DNA from: Candidatus Entotheonellaceae bacterium
GTDB lineage: Bacteria > Tectomicrobia > Entotheonellia > Entotheonellales > Entotheonellaceae
Assembly: GCA_965238075.1 (NCBI GenBank)
Contig: OZ250173.1
Coordinates: 2,560,001-2,624,000, forward strand
Length of the DNA stretch: 64,000 nucleotides
Reading direction: 5' to 3'
How positions within the stretch are numbered: the stretch's first letter is position 1; each line of letters starts with the position of its first letter. Made by a program: the position numbers and the translations under genes. The notes beneath the pieces are model-generated. The model saw only the letters and a list, made by a program, of their open reading frames with translations, did no database searches and was not told where the DNA came from. Below, in pieces: positions 29,317-38,809 of the stretch.

Positions 29317-29522
29317 TAAATCGTGACCTCTACCTGTCGCGTCTCAACAGTCAGAGGAAGGCCTTTTTCTGCGCGTACCTCAAGGCAGAGTGTAATGGCT
29401 TCTTTTATGTTGTCCAACGCCCGGGCTTTGGTCGTTCCCTGACTGACGCAGCCCGGAATTGCGGGGCATTCCACAATCCACATACCATCTTCATCGCGGT
29501 CAACCGTCACATTGAATTTCAT
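29316..29522 (-). CDS. hicB: HicB antitoxin
   Basis: DEDG.WIVECPAIPGCVSQG.T...AL.NIKEAI; ATG 29522 after AAAGAG. Confidence 0.9.
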   Translation of the reverse strand: MKFNVTVDRDEDGMWIVECPAIPGCVSQGTTKARALDNIKEAITLCLEVRAEKGLPLTVETRQVEVTI

Positions 29523-29659
29523 CTCTTTCTTGAAACCTCCGTCGGTTTTGCACCACACCCTTTCCGTTCTTGACGAGCGGTTAGAATTCCCTTTATCTAT
29601 CGGAAAAGAACTCCGAATACAAGAATGCCGCGGCGCGCTGGTTTCTCAGGAGACATGAC

Positions 29660-32317
29660 ATGAACGCCACAAAGCCGATCACAATGACTACGTTGCAGCC
29701 AGCGGGCGCGGTGTTTCATCGCTGCGCCCTGCAAGTGAATCCGCACCCCGACGGCGATGCGCCGTCCCATGCCGCGGCGGTTGTAGCCAAGGCCGTCGAA
29801 CTTGGCGTGTCCGTGCTTGCCGTTAACGGACCCAGCGGTGTGGCGGTGTTCCGCAGCGCGGCCGCGGGTCAGGGTATCATCCTATTTCCGGGATTTGAGT
29901 TGACGTCCGCCGAGGATATTCATGTCCTTTGCATCTACCCACCAGACACCGACGAGGGCCAACTCGAACAGTACCTCGGCCAGCTCGGAGTTGACCGTTT
30001 CGCGTCTTCCGCCGACCCGTCGAGCGTATCGTTCGAGAACGTGCTGACGAGGGTTCGCATCCAGGGCGGCGTCGCGATTGCCGCACATGCGGCGCCCGAC
30101 GGCGGCCTGTTCGACGGCCTGTCGCCCCAGGCGTGGCGCAGCGAGGACCTGCTCGCCGTCCGCATTCCGGGACCCGTCGAGGAACTTCCTGAAGATGTGC
30201 GTCGCATCCTCGAAAACCGGAGCGCGGACTACCGGCGCGTCCATCTCGCGGGCGACAAGCAGGCGGTGGCCGTGATCAACGCAAAGGACGTTACGACCGC
30301 TGCGGACCTCGAACACCCCGCCGCCACCTGCCGGATCAAGATGTCCGAGGTCAGCATCGAGGGCTTGCGGCAGGCGTTTCTTGACCCGGACTCGCGTATC
30401 CGCCTCAGTCGCCAGGACGGCGAAGCGGAAGCCGAGGCCGAGGCGCACACCGCGCTGCTGGCCCTGGCGTGGGAAGGGGGCTTTCTGGACGGCGCCAGCA
30501 TCTCGCTGAACCCGAACCTCAACGTGCTGGTCGGCGGCCACGGCGCCGGCAAGTCAACGATCATCGAAAGCCTGCGCTACGTGCTGGCCCTGGAGCCCGT
30601 CGGCGAAGAGGCGGGCAAGGCCCATCAAGGCATCGTGCGCCACGTGCTGCGCAGCGGCACCAAGGTCTCGCTGCGGGTGCGCTGCTATCGCCCGGCGACG
30701 CGCGAGTATTTGATCGAGCGCACCGTTCCCAACCCGCCCGTGGTCCGTGACGAAAACGGCCTGGTCTCCAGCCTGCTGCCCAGGGACATCCTGCCGCGCG
30801 TCGAGGTGTACGGCCAGCATGAAATCTCGGAGCTCGCCCGCAGCGGCGAGAAGCTCACCCGGTTGCTCGACCGCTTTGCCCAGTTCGACCCGTCGATGCC
30901 CAGGCGCAAGGCGGACCTTCGCCGCGATCTCAGGAAGACACGCGAAGCCCTGTTGGACGTGCAGGCGGAACTGCGGCACATCGAAGAACGGCTGGCGACT
31001 CTGCCCAGCCTGGAAGAGACCCTCGAACGCTTTCGGGAGGTCGGGCTTGAAGACCGCTTGCGCGGGCGCAGCCTGCTGGTGCGCGGCGAGCAGGTGATGG
31101 ACTCCATTCCCGAGCGCCTGCGCACCTTCCGCGACGGCCTGGAAGCCATGCGGCAGGAACTTCCCCTCAATCGCGTGTTCCTGTCACCCGAAGCGCTTGA
31201 GGACCTGCCGGGGCGGGATATCCTCGGCGGTGCGGACCGCGTGCTGGAGCGTCTGAGCAGCGACCTCCAATCCATCGTGCGTCAATTGGACGAAGCCCTG
31301 GCGGGCGCCGACGACGGCATCGCTGAGGTGCGTTCCCGCTGGGACAGGCATCGGCTCGAGGTGCAGAACGCGTACGAAGAAATTCTGCGCGAACTTCAGC
31401 AGGCGGCGGTGGACGGTGAGGAGTTCATCCGCCTGCGGGGGGAGATTGAGGGGCTGCGCCCGCTGCAGGACCGCCAATCGCTGCTGCAGCAGCAGGAAAG
31501 CGAATACCTGAACCGCCGCCGCGCGCTGCTGGCCGAGTGGGAGGACGTCAAGGCCGCAGAGTTCCGCGCCCTCGACCGGGCCGCCCAGAACGTCAGCGGC
31601 AGGCTGACCGGCCGCGTTCAGGTGGAGGTCACGGCCGCGGGCAACCGGGAGCCGCTGGCCGCGCTGCTGCGCAACCGGGTTGGCGGCAACCTCAAGAACA
31701 CGATCGACAAACTGGCGGGTCTGGACACGATGTCTCTGGTCGATCTGGCCGCCGCCTGCCGCGAAGGCGCCGACGCCTTGATCGACGCCTATGGCCTGAC
31801 CCCGGGTCAGGCGCGCAACATCGCCGCGGCCGGGCCGGACATTGCCCTGCGCATCGAAGAACTGGAGTTGCCGCCCACGACCACCATCCGACTCAATACC
31901 GCGCCGCCCGGCGCACCGCCGTCGTGGCAGGCGCTCGACGCGCTCTCGATCGGTCAGAAGGCCACCGCGGTGCTGCTGGTCTTGTTGCTCGAATCCGATG
32001 CGCCGCTGATTCTGGATCAGCCCGAAGGCGACCTTGACAATCGGTCCATTACCGAGGGCATCGTGCCCCGGATGCGTGAGGAAAAACAGCGGCGGCAGTT
32101 CATCTTCTCGACCCACAACGCCAACATCCCGGTGCTCGGCGACGCCGAACTGATCCTCGGGCTGACCGCCTCGGGCGAGTCCGGCGGCGGACAGGGGCGC
32201 ATCGCGCCGGAGCACCTGGGTTCTATTGATACCCAACTGGTGCGCGCGTTGGTGGAGGACATTCTCGAGGGCGGCAAAGACGCCTTTGAGACGAGACGGC
32301 TGAAGTACGGCTTCTGA
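29660..32317 (+). CDS. PHP-like domain + ABC/SMC-type ATPase (TrlF/Ppl-like)
   Basis: N-terminal CALQVN..GFE..HVL..AH; Walker A GGHGAGKST; coiled coil; LSIGQK; LILDQPEGDLDN; STHNANIPVLGDAE. Confidence 0.85.
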   Translation: MNATKPITMTTLQPAGAVFHRCALQVNPHPDGDAPSHAAAVVAKAVELGVSVLAVNGPSGVAVFRSAAAGQGIILFPGFELTSAEDIHVLCIYPPDTDEGQLEQYLGQLGVDRFASSADPSSVSFENVLTRVRIQGGVAIAAHAAPDGGLFDGLSPQAWRSEDLLAVRIPGPVEELPEDVRRILENRSADYRRVHLAGDKQAVAVINAKDVTTAADLEHPAATCRIKMSEVSIEGLRQAFLDPDSRIRLSRQDGEAEAEAEAHTALLALAWEGGFLDGASISLNPNLNVLVGGHGAGKSTIIESLRYVLALEPVGEEAGKAHQGIVRHVLRSGTKVSLRVRCYRPATREYLIERTVPNPPVVRDENGLVSSLLPRDILPRVEVYGQHEISELARSGEKLTRLLDRFAQFDPSMPRRKADLRRDLRKTREALLDVQAELRHIEERLATLPSLEETLERFREVGLEDRLRGRSLLVRGEQVMDSIPERLRTFRDGLEAMRQELPLNRVFLSPEALEDLPGRDILGGADRVLERLSSDLQSIVRQLDEALAGADDGIAEVRSRWDRHRLEVQNAYEEILRELQQAAVDGEEFIRLRGEIEGLRPLQDRQSLLQQQESEYLNRRRALLAEWEDVKAAEFRALDRAAQNVSGRLTGRVQVEVTAAGNREPLAALLRNRVGGNLKNTIDKLAGLDTMSLVDLAAACREGADALIDAYGLTPGQARNIAAAGPDIALRIEELELPPTTTIRLNTAPPGAPPSWQALDALSIGQKATAVLLVLLLESDAPLILDQPEGDLDNRSITEGIVPRMREEKQRRQFIFSTHNANIPVLGDAELILGLTASGESGGGQGRIAPEHLGSIDTQLVRALVEDILEGGKDAFETRRLKYGF

Positions 32318-32332
32318 GAACAAGGAAGAACC

Positions 32333-33040
32333 ATGTGCGGTCGCTTCACCCAGCAACTGACCGGAGGCGAGATTCACGACCTGTACGGTGCGACGCAGCC
32401 AACGCTGCCGATGGAACTGCCACCGCGTTACAACGGTGCGCCGACGCAGGACTTCGCAGCCTGCCGGCTCGATGAGACGGGGCGCCGTGTCGTAACCAGG
32501 TTGCGTTGGGGACTGGTGCCGTTCTGGGCGAAGGATGTCGGGATCGGTGCGCGGTTGATCAACGCACGGGCGGAGACGGTGAGCGATAAGCCGGCGTACC
32601 GGGCGGCCTTTCGCGCCCGCCGGTGTCTGGTGCCGGCCAATGGCTGGTTCGAGTGGCAGCGCGCCGGGCGTAGCAAGCAGCCCTGGTTTGTCGCTTTGAC
32701 GGATGGCTCGCCGGTGTCGTTCGCGGCGCTGTGGGAATGCTGGGACAAGGCGGGCGACGGTCTGGAAACCTTCACCATCATCACCACGGAAGCCTGCGAG
32801 AGTCTGACGGATATTCATCACCGCCAGCCCGCGATCATCCACCCCGACCATGTTGCCGATTGGCTTGATCCGGCCTCGCGGCCCGATCAACTCCTTGATC
32901 TGGTGCGTGAACCTTGCGCCGGCCCCTTCGAGAAACGCCCCCTCAGTACCCGGGTGAACAGCGTTGCCAATAACGACGTAAGCATCCTGAGCCCCGCGCG
33001 GCTGCACCGCACTTCGGAGCCAGGGCTGTTTGACCGATAG
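32333..33040 (+). CDS. SRAP / YedK abasic-site protecting protein
   Basis: N-terminal MCGRF, RYN.APTQ, WGLVP.W, INARAET, RRCLVPA.GWFEW, IHHRQP. Confidence 0.93.
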   Translation: MCGRFTQQLTGGEIHDLYGATQPTLPMELPPRYNGAPTQDFAACRLDETGRRVVTRLRWGLVPFWAKDVGIGARLINARAETVSDKPAYRAAFRARRCLVPANGWFEWQRAGRSKQPWFVALTDGSPVSFAALWECWDKAGDGLETFTIITTEACESLTDIHHRQPAIIHPDHVADWLDPASRPDQLLDLVREPCAGPFEKRPLSTRVNSVANNDVSILSPARLHRTSEPGLFDR

Positions 33041-33055
33041 AGGGGAGCATTCGCT

Positions 33056-33352
33056 TTACTCGCCCGTGTTGGTCAGTTCAAGCCGCAAGCGCTTACCGCA
33101 TACAGTCGCTGCTTTTTGAAGGGTGTGAAGCGTAACAGAGGAATTGCTCGGATCTAACAAACGGTTCAGGGCCGCTCGGCTCGTTTGCATGCGGGCCGCC
33201 ATGGCCGTTCGAGTCAAGCCCTTCTCCTGCAGGGCACGCTTGATCTGCTCGGCCAGCAATTCTTTAATCGCCTGTTCTTCGCAGGCTTCGAGAAGGCCCT
33301 CCTTAGCTAAAAAGTCATCGAAGGAGGATCCGACACGGGGGTTCTGGCTCAT
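33056..33352 (-). CDS. XRE-type HTH antitoxin
   Basis: GSSFDDFL..EG...AMAARMQTSRAALNRLLDP.N.SVTLHTL. Confidence 0.88.
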   Translation of the reverse strand: MSQNPRVGSSFDDFLAKEGLLEACEEQAIKELLAEQIKRALQEKGLTRTAMAARMQTSRAALNRLLDPSNSSVTLHTLQKAATVCGKRLRLELTNTGE

Positions 33353-33699
33353 GGTCCAACTTCCTTCTGATCGCGTTCGATTTCCATTTTGCGCGCTCGG
33401 GCGAGATCGAGGTCCCGCTTTGGTGTCTTCTGGGTCTTCTTGATGAAGCCGTGCAGTAAGATCATTTGACCCTCAACGATGCAGAAGAATACCCGGGCGG
33501 TGCGCTGTGACGGTAATTCGCTACGAACTTCCCACAGACCTTGGCCGAGAGCGCGACAGACGGGCAATCCAAGCGGCCAACCGAACTCAACTTTTCGAAT
33601 ATCCTTGCCGATGACTTGGCGCTCGCTCTGGGCTAGGCGCTTCAGCCATTCGCGAACAGGTTCATGGCCGTTGGTGTTGCGATAAAACCGTGTAGGCAA
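33349..33699 (-). CDS. RelE/ParE (Gp49-like) toxin
   Basis: EPVREWL...GWPLGLPVCR.L..GLWEVRS...LLHGFIKKTQKTP; upstream GTATC-N6-GATAC palindrome. Confidence 0.88.
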   Translation of the reverse strand: MPTRFYRNTNGHEPVREWLKRLAQSERQVIGKDIRKVEFGWPLGLPVCRALGQGLWEVRSELPSQRTARVFFCIVEGQMILLHGFIKKTQKTPKRDLDLARARKMEIERDQKEVGP

Positions 33700-33825
33700 T
33701 TTCTTGATGAAGGACCCGAAGCAAGTGTATCTAAAATGATACGGTCAATCAATTGTGAAGTGTGACGATTGTTTCTGCTGGAAGGGCGCGACCCGTCCGG
33801 TGGGAACACCTGGGTAGAGAGAAGT

Positions 33826-34713
33826 TCACCGGCTCAGCATCGCGGCCATTGCCAGCACGCGCTGGGCGGATTCGACGATGGGGTAGTCGATGAACTGGCC
33901 GTCGAGCTGGATGGAGGCCAGGCCGTCGGCTTCGGCTTGGGTGAAGGCATCGACGACGCGGGTGGCGAAGTCGATTTCGGCGGCTGAAGGGGAGAAGACA
34001 GTATTGAGCGGCTCGACTTGGCTGGGGTGGATGGCCATTTTGCCCTGGAAGCCGAGTTGCTTGGCGGTACGGGCGCTGCGGGTAAGGCCGCGTTGATCGC
34101 GCAGGTCCACCCAGACGGTGTCGAGGGGCGATTCGAGGCCGGCGGCGCGGGAGGCGATAACCAGGGCGGAACGGGCGTGCTGGCTTTCGATTTCGCGCCG
34201 CGACCAGGCGACACCGATGTCGCGGGTGAAATCGCCGGCGCCGAAGGCGAGGCGTTTGACGCGCGTGCCGGAGGCGGCGATGTCGTAAGCGCGCTGCACG
34301 GCGAGGGCAGTCTCCACAATGGGAATGACGTCGACGCTGCCGGGCGCGAGGCCGTGCTGCGTTTCGAGCCCCTGCAGCAGCGTGTCGGTACGGCGCAGGT
34401 CGTCGGGCGATTCCACCTTGGGCAGGATGATACCCGCCAAGCCGGGCCGTACGATCGCGGCCATATCCGCCTCGCCGATGGGCTGCGAAAATCCCGTCGT
34501 CGCCACCAGCGGGTTGATGCGCACGTACACGGGGCACGTGTCGATAGCGCCGACCGCTTCGCGCACCGCTTGCCGGGTGGCTTCCTTCTCGCTGATCGGC
34601 ACCGCGTCTTCGAGGTCCAGAATCACGGCGTCGGCGCCGCACTGTCCCACCTTTTGTAGCATGCGCGGGCGATTGCCGGGGGCAAACAACAGGGTTCGCA
34701 ACGGGCTTGGCAT
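33826..34713 (-). CDS. CitE-like CoA-ester lyase
   Basis: RTLLFAPGN, DLEDAV, VRIN, LPKVE, GFQGKMAIHPSQ. Confidence 0.9.
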   Translation of the reverse strand: MPSPLRTLLFAPGNRPRMLQKVGQCGADAVILDLEDAVPISEKEATRQAVREAVGAIDTCPVYVRINPLVATTGFSQPIGEADMAAIVRPGLAGIILPKVESPDDLRRTDTLLQGLETQHGLAPGSVDVIPIVETALAVQRAYDIAASGTRVKRLAFGAGDFTRDIGVAWSRREIESQHARSALVIASRAAGLESPLDTVWVDLRDQRGLTRSARTAKQLGFQGKMAIHPSQVEPLNTVFSPSAAEIDFATRVVDAFTQAEADGLASIQLDGQFIDYPIVESAQRVLAMAAMLSR

Positions 34714-34893
34714 CTCTGGGTTCTCCAGCTACTGCTCCCTCTCCCCTTGGAGGGAGAGGGTTGGGGTGGGGGGGAAGTCTTGACGTCCCAACATCAAGGA
34801 AGCTTGTCCGGGGGCAGGCATTCTGCCACAATCGCCGCATCGCCTCCAGGTTTCGACACGCCAACGACATCAGGGAAATGAAGGAGACAGTTC

Positions 34894-35631
34894 ATGCGCG
34901 AAAACCGCATCAAGCGCCAATTGCAAGCGGGCCAGACGGCGATTGCCGTCTCCGGCCATCACAATGCGGACATGATCGATTTTCTCGGACAATTCGGCTT
35001 CGACGGCGTGTGGCTTGAGGGCGAGCACGGCCCCGTGGATTGGGACGCCATCGGCGACATGTCGCGCGCCTGCGACCTGTGGGGCATGGCATCGGTGACG
35101 CGCGTCAACAACAACGACCCCGGCACCATCATGCGTGCCCTCGACCGCGGCACCATGGGCGTCGTGGTGCCGCACGTCAACAGCCGCGAAGCCGCCGAGC
35201 AGGCCATGAAGTCGGCCAAATACGCTCCCGTCGGCTATCGCGGCATGTTCGGCGGCCGCCAGTCCTTCGGGGTGCCGGATTATTTCCAGCACGCCAATGA
35301 CCAAACCCTCATCGTCGTGCTGATCGAGGAAATCGAGGCCGTCAACAACCTCGCCGAGATACTCACCGTGGACGATATCGACGTGTTCTTCGTCGCCCCC
35401 GCCGACCTCGCCCAGACCATGGGCCACATCGGCAACCATACCCACCCGGACGTGCAAGCCACCATCGATAAAGCTCTGGCCCAGATCATTGCCGCCGGAA
35501 GAACGGCGGGCACGCTGGCGACGGACGACAACGTGGCGCGCTACCGCGACGCCGGGGTGCGCTTCTTCCTGACGGGCTGGACCAATTGGGTATCGCAGGG
35601 TGCCAAGGGTTTCCTGCAGCGGGTGCGGTGA
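34894..35631 (+). CDS. HpcH/HpaI aldolase family protein
   Basis: GFDGVWLEGEHG, RALD.G..GVVVPHV, YAP.GYRG, LIEE, APADL. Confidence 0.9.
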   Translation: MRENRIKRQLQAGQTAIAVSGHHNADMIDFLGQFGFDGVWLEGEHGPVDWDAIGDMSRACDLWGMASVTRVNNNDPGTIMRALDRGTMGVVVPHVNSREAAEQAMKSAKYAPVGYRGMFGGRQSFGVPDYFQHANDQTLIVVLIEEIEAVNNLAEILTVDDIDVFFVAPADLAQTMGHIGNHTHPDVQATIDKALAQIIAAGRTAGTLATDDNVARYRDAGVRFFLTGWTNWVSQGAKGFLQRVR

Positions 35632-35817
35632 TCAGCCTTCATGTCGGCGTTGTCGGTCTGTCGGATTACGCTGCGCTAGAGCACTTTCGGATCCCAACGG
35701 CTTATGGTCACCCCGGCGAAAGAACGTCACCCCGGACCCCGGATCAAGTCCGGGGCAGGCTTTGATCCGGGGCCGGAGTCCAGGAGTTCGCCTGGGATAA
35801 GAGCCTGCCCGGGACTA

Positions 35818-35932
35818 AAGTGCGTTCACGTTGATACCAAGAATTTTCGCGGAAGCTTGCCCAGTTGTAACCAAAGCGCCCTCACAGGGACCTCGACTCC
35901 GAAAAATTCTTCATCTCAAACGAAACGCACAT
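35818..35932 (+). mobile_element. 115-bp MITE, left copy
   Basis: TA|AAGTGCGTT...AACGCACAT|TA terminal inverted repeats; inverted homolog at 38695-38809. Confidence 0.85.
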
Positions 35933-37227
35933 TAAAAATCCAGGCACCCCTGCTTACCAAAGCCATAAAAGTCATGCAGATGGGTAACGCCGTATCTGCC
36001 GTGGATCGGCGGCTTTTCCTCGTACCAATTTGGGTCAGGCTGGCGCAGCCCGAGAACGCGCTCCACCTTTGGAAAGGTGACCTCGACGCCGCCGGTGCCC
36101 GTGCTCACCGCTGACACGATCTCCGGCACGGACATCAGCAACGGCGGCGCATTGCCATTTTCGTTGTCTTCCTCTTCGGTCATGAGGACCGTATCCACCC
36201 CCACCCGTTCGAGTGCCTGAACCGTGAGAACCGTTTCCACAAAGCGCTGACCGCGCTGATTGGTAGTCACAATGGCCCCGTTGGCGCCCAGGGCAGAGGC
36301 CATCTGCGCCGCCCGATTTGCCATGAGTTGTTTTTCGGCTTGGGCTTCCCAATTGCTGCGTACCACGATGCAACCGACAAAATTGAAGTCCTGGCCATGA
36401 CGCGAGCACAGGTAGGGCACGATCGTTTCCATGATGGGCCAGGTAAAATGTTCCATGTAGGTGCCGAAAACAGCGCCATCGATCATCTCCGTGGGTCGCA
36501 GAAGCCAGGGTTCGGTGAGGCGTCCGATACCGTACACGTTGGTGCCCAGGCTGGTACGTGGACCAAACCGGTACTCCGCCGAAGCCAAGGCCGGGACAAA
36601 CACGATATTGGGTAAGGCGTTGTCACGATAGTCAAGATCGTACGTGGTGATCTCGTGCGGTTCAAAGCCTCGTGTAGTCTCCGCCAGGCGGTCGTTGAGC
36701 TTCAGCATGGCGGCATTGCTCGCCCGGTTCCAGTCATCGGCATAGGATTCCTGGTGCGGTTCCATTTGCAAACAGAGGTTGATGGTGTGGGCAAAAGGGG
36801 TTACGGCACCCGGTCCCGACATATCGATAAAGGTGATGTCGCTGCGGCCCTCGACGGATGTGGCCCCCCACCAGTGCGCCCCGTCGGGGTTGAAACCGGG
36901 CATTTCGGAGCACGCGATGAGGGTCATACCGCCCAGGCGATGGGTGCGGCCTTGCCCCACTGTGGTCACGTCGCGCCCGGAGATACCGGGATAGGTGACC
37001 CCCGGACCGGATACTTTGACCTTTGGCTCAACGATGTCTCGGATCTGCACAATGCGCACCGAGTCCCCGGGGCGGGTCACGTCAATGTCTGCCCAGGCGA
37101 TATAGGGGTCTTCCATGACCAAGGCGAGAAGCTCGTCTTTGTTGACGCTCAGGACGCCGTCTTGCCAATGCGTCTGCGTTCCGAACACGATGTCACGGAC
37201 TGGAAACGTGCCGACTTCAAGTTTCAT
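35932..37227 (-). CDS. Glycine/sarcosine/betaine reductase component B proprotein-like (GrdE-like)
   Basis: MKLEVGTFPVRDIVFG, DIVEPKVK, G.GRTHRL.G, IDMSGPGA, P.EMIDGA, AVSTG; ATGA overlap with the upstream grdB stop. Confidence 0.85.
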   Translation of the reverse strand: MKLEVGTFPVRDIVFGTQTHWQDGVLSVNKDELLALVMEDPYIAWADIDVTRPGDSVRIVQIRDIVEPKVKVSGPGVTYPGISGRDVTTVGQGRTHRLGGMTLIACSEMPGFNPDGAHWWGATSVEGRSDITFIDMSGPGAVTPFAHTINLCLQMEPHQESYADDWNRASNAAMLKLNDRLAETTRGFEPHEITTYDLDYRDNALPNIVFVPALASAEYRFGPRTSLGTNVYGIGRLTEPWLLRPTEMIDGAVFGTYMEHFTWPIMETIVPYLCSRHGQDFNFVGCIVVRSNWEAQAEKQLMANRAAQMASALGANGAIVTTNQRGQRFVETVLTVQALERVGVDTVLMTEEEDNENGNAPPLLMSVPEIVSAVSTGTGGVEVTFPKVERVLGLRQPDPNWYEEKPPIHGRYGVTHLHDFYGFGKQGCLDF

Positions 37228-38567
37228 CGTGAGACGTCCTCCAGCACCGTCTGGTCGGGCTCGAAGAGAGTTGGTATGGATACGGGCGTGGTCAGGGCGT
37301 TTAGGGCAGTCGTGACGATGCGCGCTCTGAGTTCGTGGTCTCTGTCCTCGGATAAAGCCGGGTCCCCGCACACATGAGGCACACGCACGCCTCGAACGAC
37401 ACGGCTGGCGCCGACCGAGAGTGGAATGGCCGGCATAGCCGTCATCATACCCACAGGAATTCCTGCCCTCTCAATTTCCTTGGCTAACGTTGCACCGCAA
37501 CGGTTACAGCTGCCTCACGTGGCCACCAGCAAAACGCCATCCACGTGGTTCGCGGTCAGTTCTGCGGCAATCTCACCGCCCATGCGTCTGGCAGCGCTTA
37601 CCGCCGTAGCGTTGCCGGTGGTCGAGAAAAACTGTGGGTAGACATGCTTGATGTGCCCAGCATCTTCGAGATAACGCACGGTACTCAAGGGCATGGCGTA
37701 ATTGGGATCCTTGGTGTTGAGGATGAGGGTGCCGAAGCCACCGTGTACCGACTCCCATTCTTCCACAGTCAGGGAGCTGACTTGCTCGATGTCGTATTTG
37801 AAAAACTGTTCCGCCTTAGAACCCACCAAGCGGTCCCGGTTACCGCGAGGCACCAAGCCACCGCTGGAGACCAGCCCGATGACGGCATCTTTCAGGTCGC
37901 GTAACGGTGGAGCGGGTGTGACGTCGTCGTATCCGGTGAGGCACATTTCAGAGTTGTAAGGTTTTCCCGCCATGCGGGCCAGCAACATATCGGCTGCTCT
38001 TCCATAACCGTACTTCTCGTGCATCACCTCTTGGCGTCTGCCAGTAGGGACATAACCCGCAGCGACCGCCGGCCCCAACTCTGTACCGCGGACCCGTTTA
38101 AGGGCCAGCGTAGCCATCTGGCGCAATATCGCAACCATCTCGGTGCTGTCCGTGCCAGTAGATACGGCCAGTACATCGCTCCGGTACGTGAGTATTCCCG
38201 CGTTATCAGGATGCATGCCCGTAACGGCAGGGATGTTTCGAGCGGTGGCGATACGACACACCTCCGCGCAAGCCAGCCCGTATCGTCCGGCGTCAAAAGC
38301 CGGACCCGCGATGACCACGTCGGGCCTAAGTTCGTCAAGATACCTTTCCACCGCGGGTTTGGCAGCGTCCAACTCTTCAGTAAAATAGTTGTCACCCGCA
38401 ATGAGGGTCCCAACAATCGTCGCTTGGTCACCCAAGGCGCCCTGGAGCGCACGACCGGGTCCTACCGGTCCCGGTTTGACCTGGACCGGCTCGTACGCCT
38501 GTGCTTCGCCACCAATGCCGCCGAAAAACTGGTTCAAGTAGTGCACGACTCGGATTGCTTCTGCCAT
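37224..38567 (-). CDS. grdB: Glycine/betaine/sarcosine reductase selenoprotein B (Sec at UGA 37515-37517), 447 aa
   Basis: VVHYLNQFFGGIGGE, AGPAFDAGRYG..C; frame reads LLVAT-UGA-GSCNRCGA and stays open to 37224. Confidence 0.92.
37482..37514 (-). promoter_or_regulatory. Bacterial SECIS hairpin of grdB
   Basis: UGA GGCAGCUG UAA C CGUUGC GGU GCAACG UUA GCC: perfect 6-bp upper stem with a G-first loop. Confidence 0.75.
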
Positions 38568-38694
38568 CAGCCTCTCCTCCGTTCTACGGTAGGTGTTTAT
38601 GGTTGACGTCACGCCTGTACCGCGGATGCCTTGGCATCGCTTCAGCGCTATTTTAAGCCAGCGCCGAAAGGGATCAATCAAATCCACAACTCTA

Positions 38695-38809
38695 ACGTGC
38701 GTTTCGTTTGAGAGTAAGAATTTTTTGGTGTTGAGGGCCATGCGAGGGCGTTTTGGCTACAACTGGCCAAGCTTCTGCGAAAATTCCTGGTATCAAAGTG
38801 AACGCACTT
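38695..38809 (-). mobile_element. 115-bp MITE, right copy (inverted)
   Basis: TA|ACGTGCGTT...AACGCACTT|TA; colinear with 35818-35932. Confidence 0.85.

Noticed and set aside
38568-38741. N-terminal extension of GrdB in the ORF track
   Set aside because: Runs into the MITE; the real start is ATG 38567 after GGAGGAGAGG.
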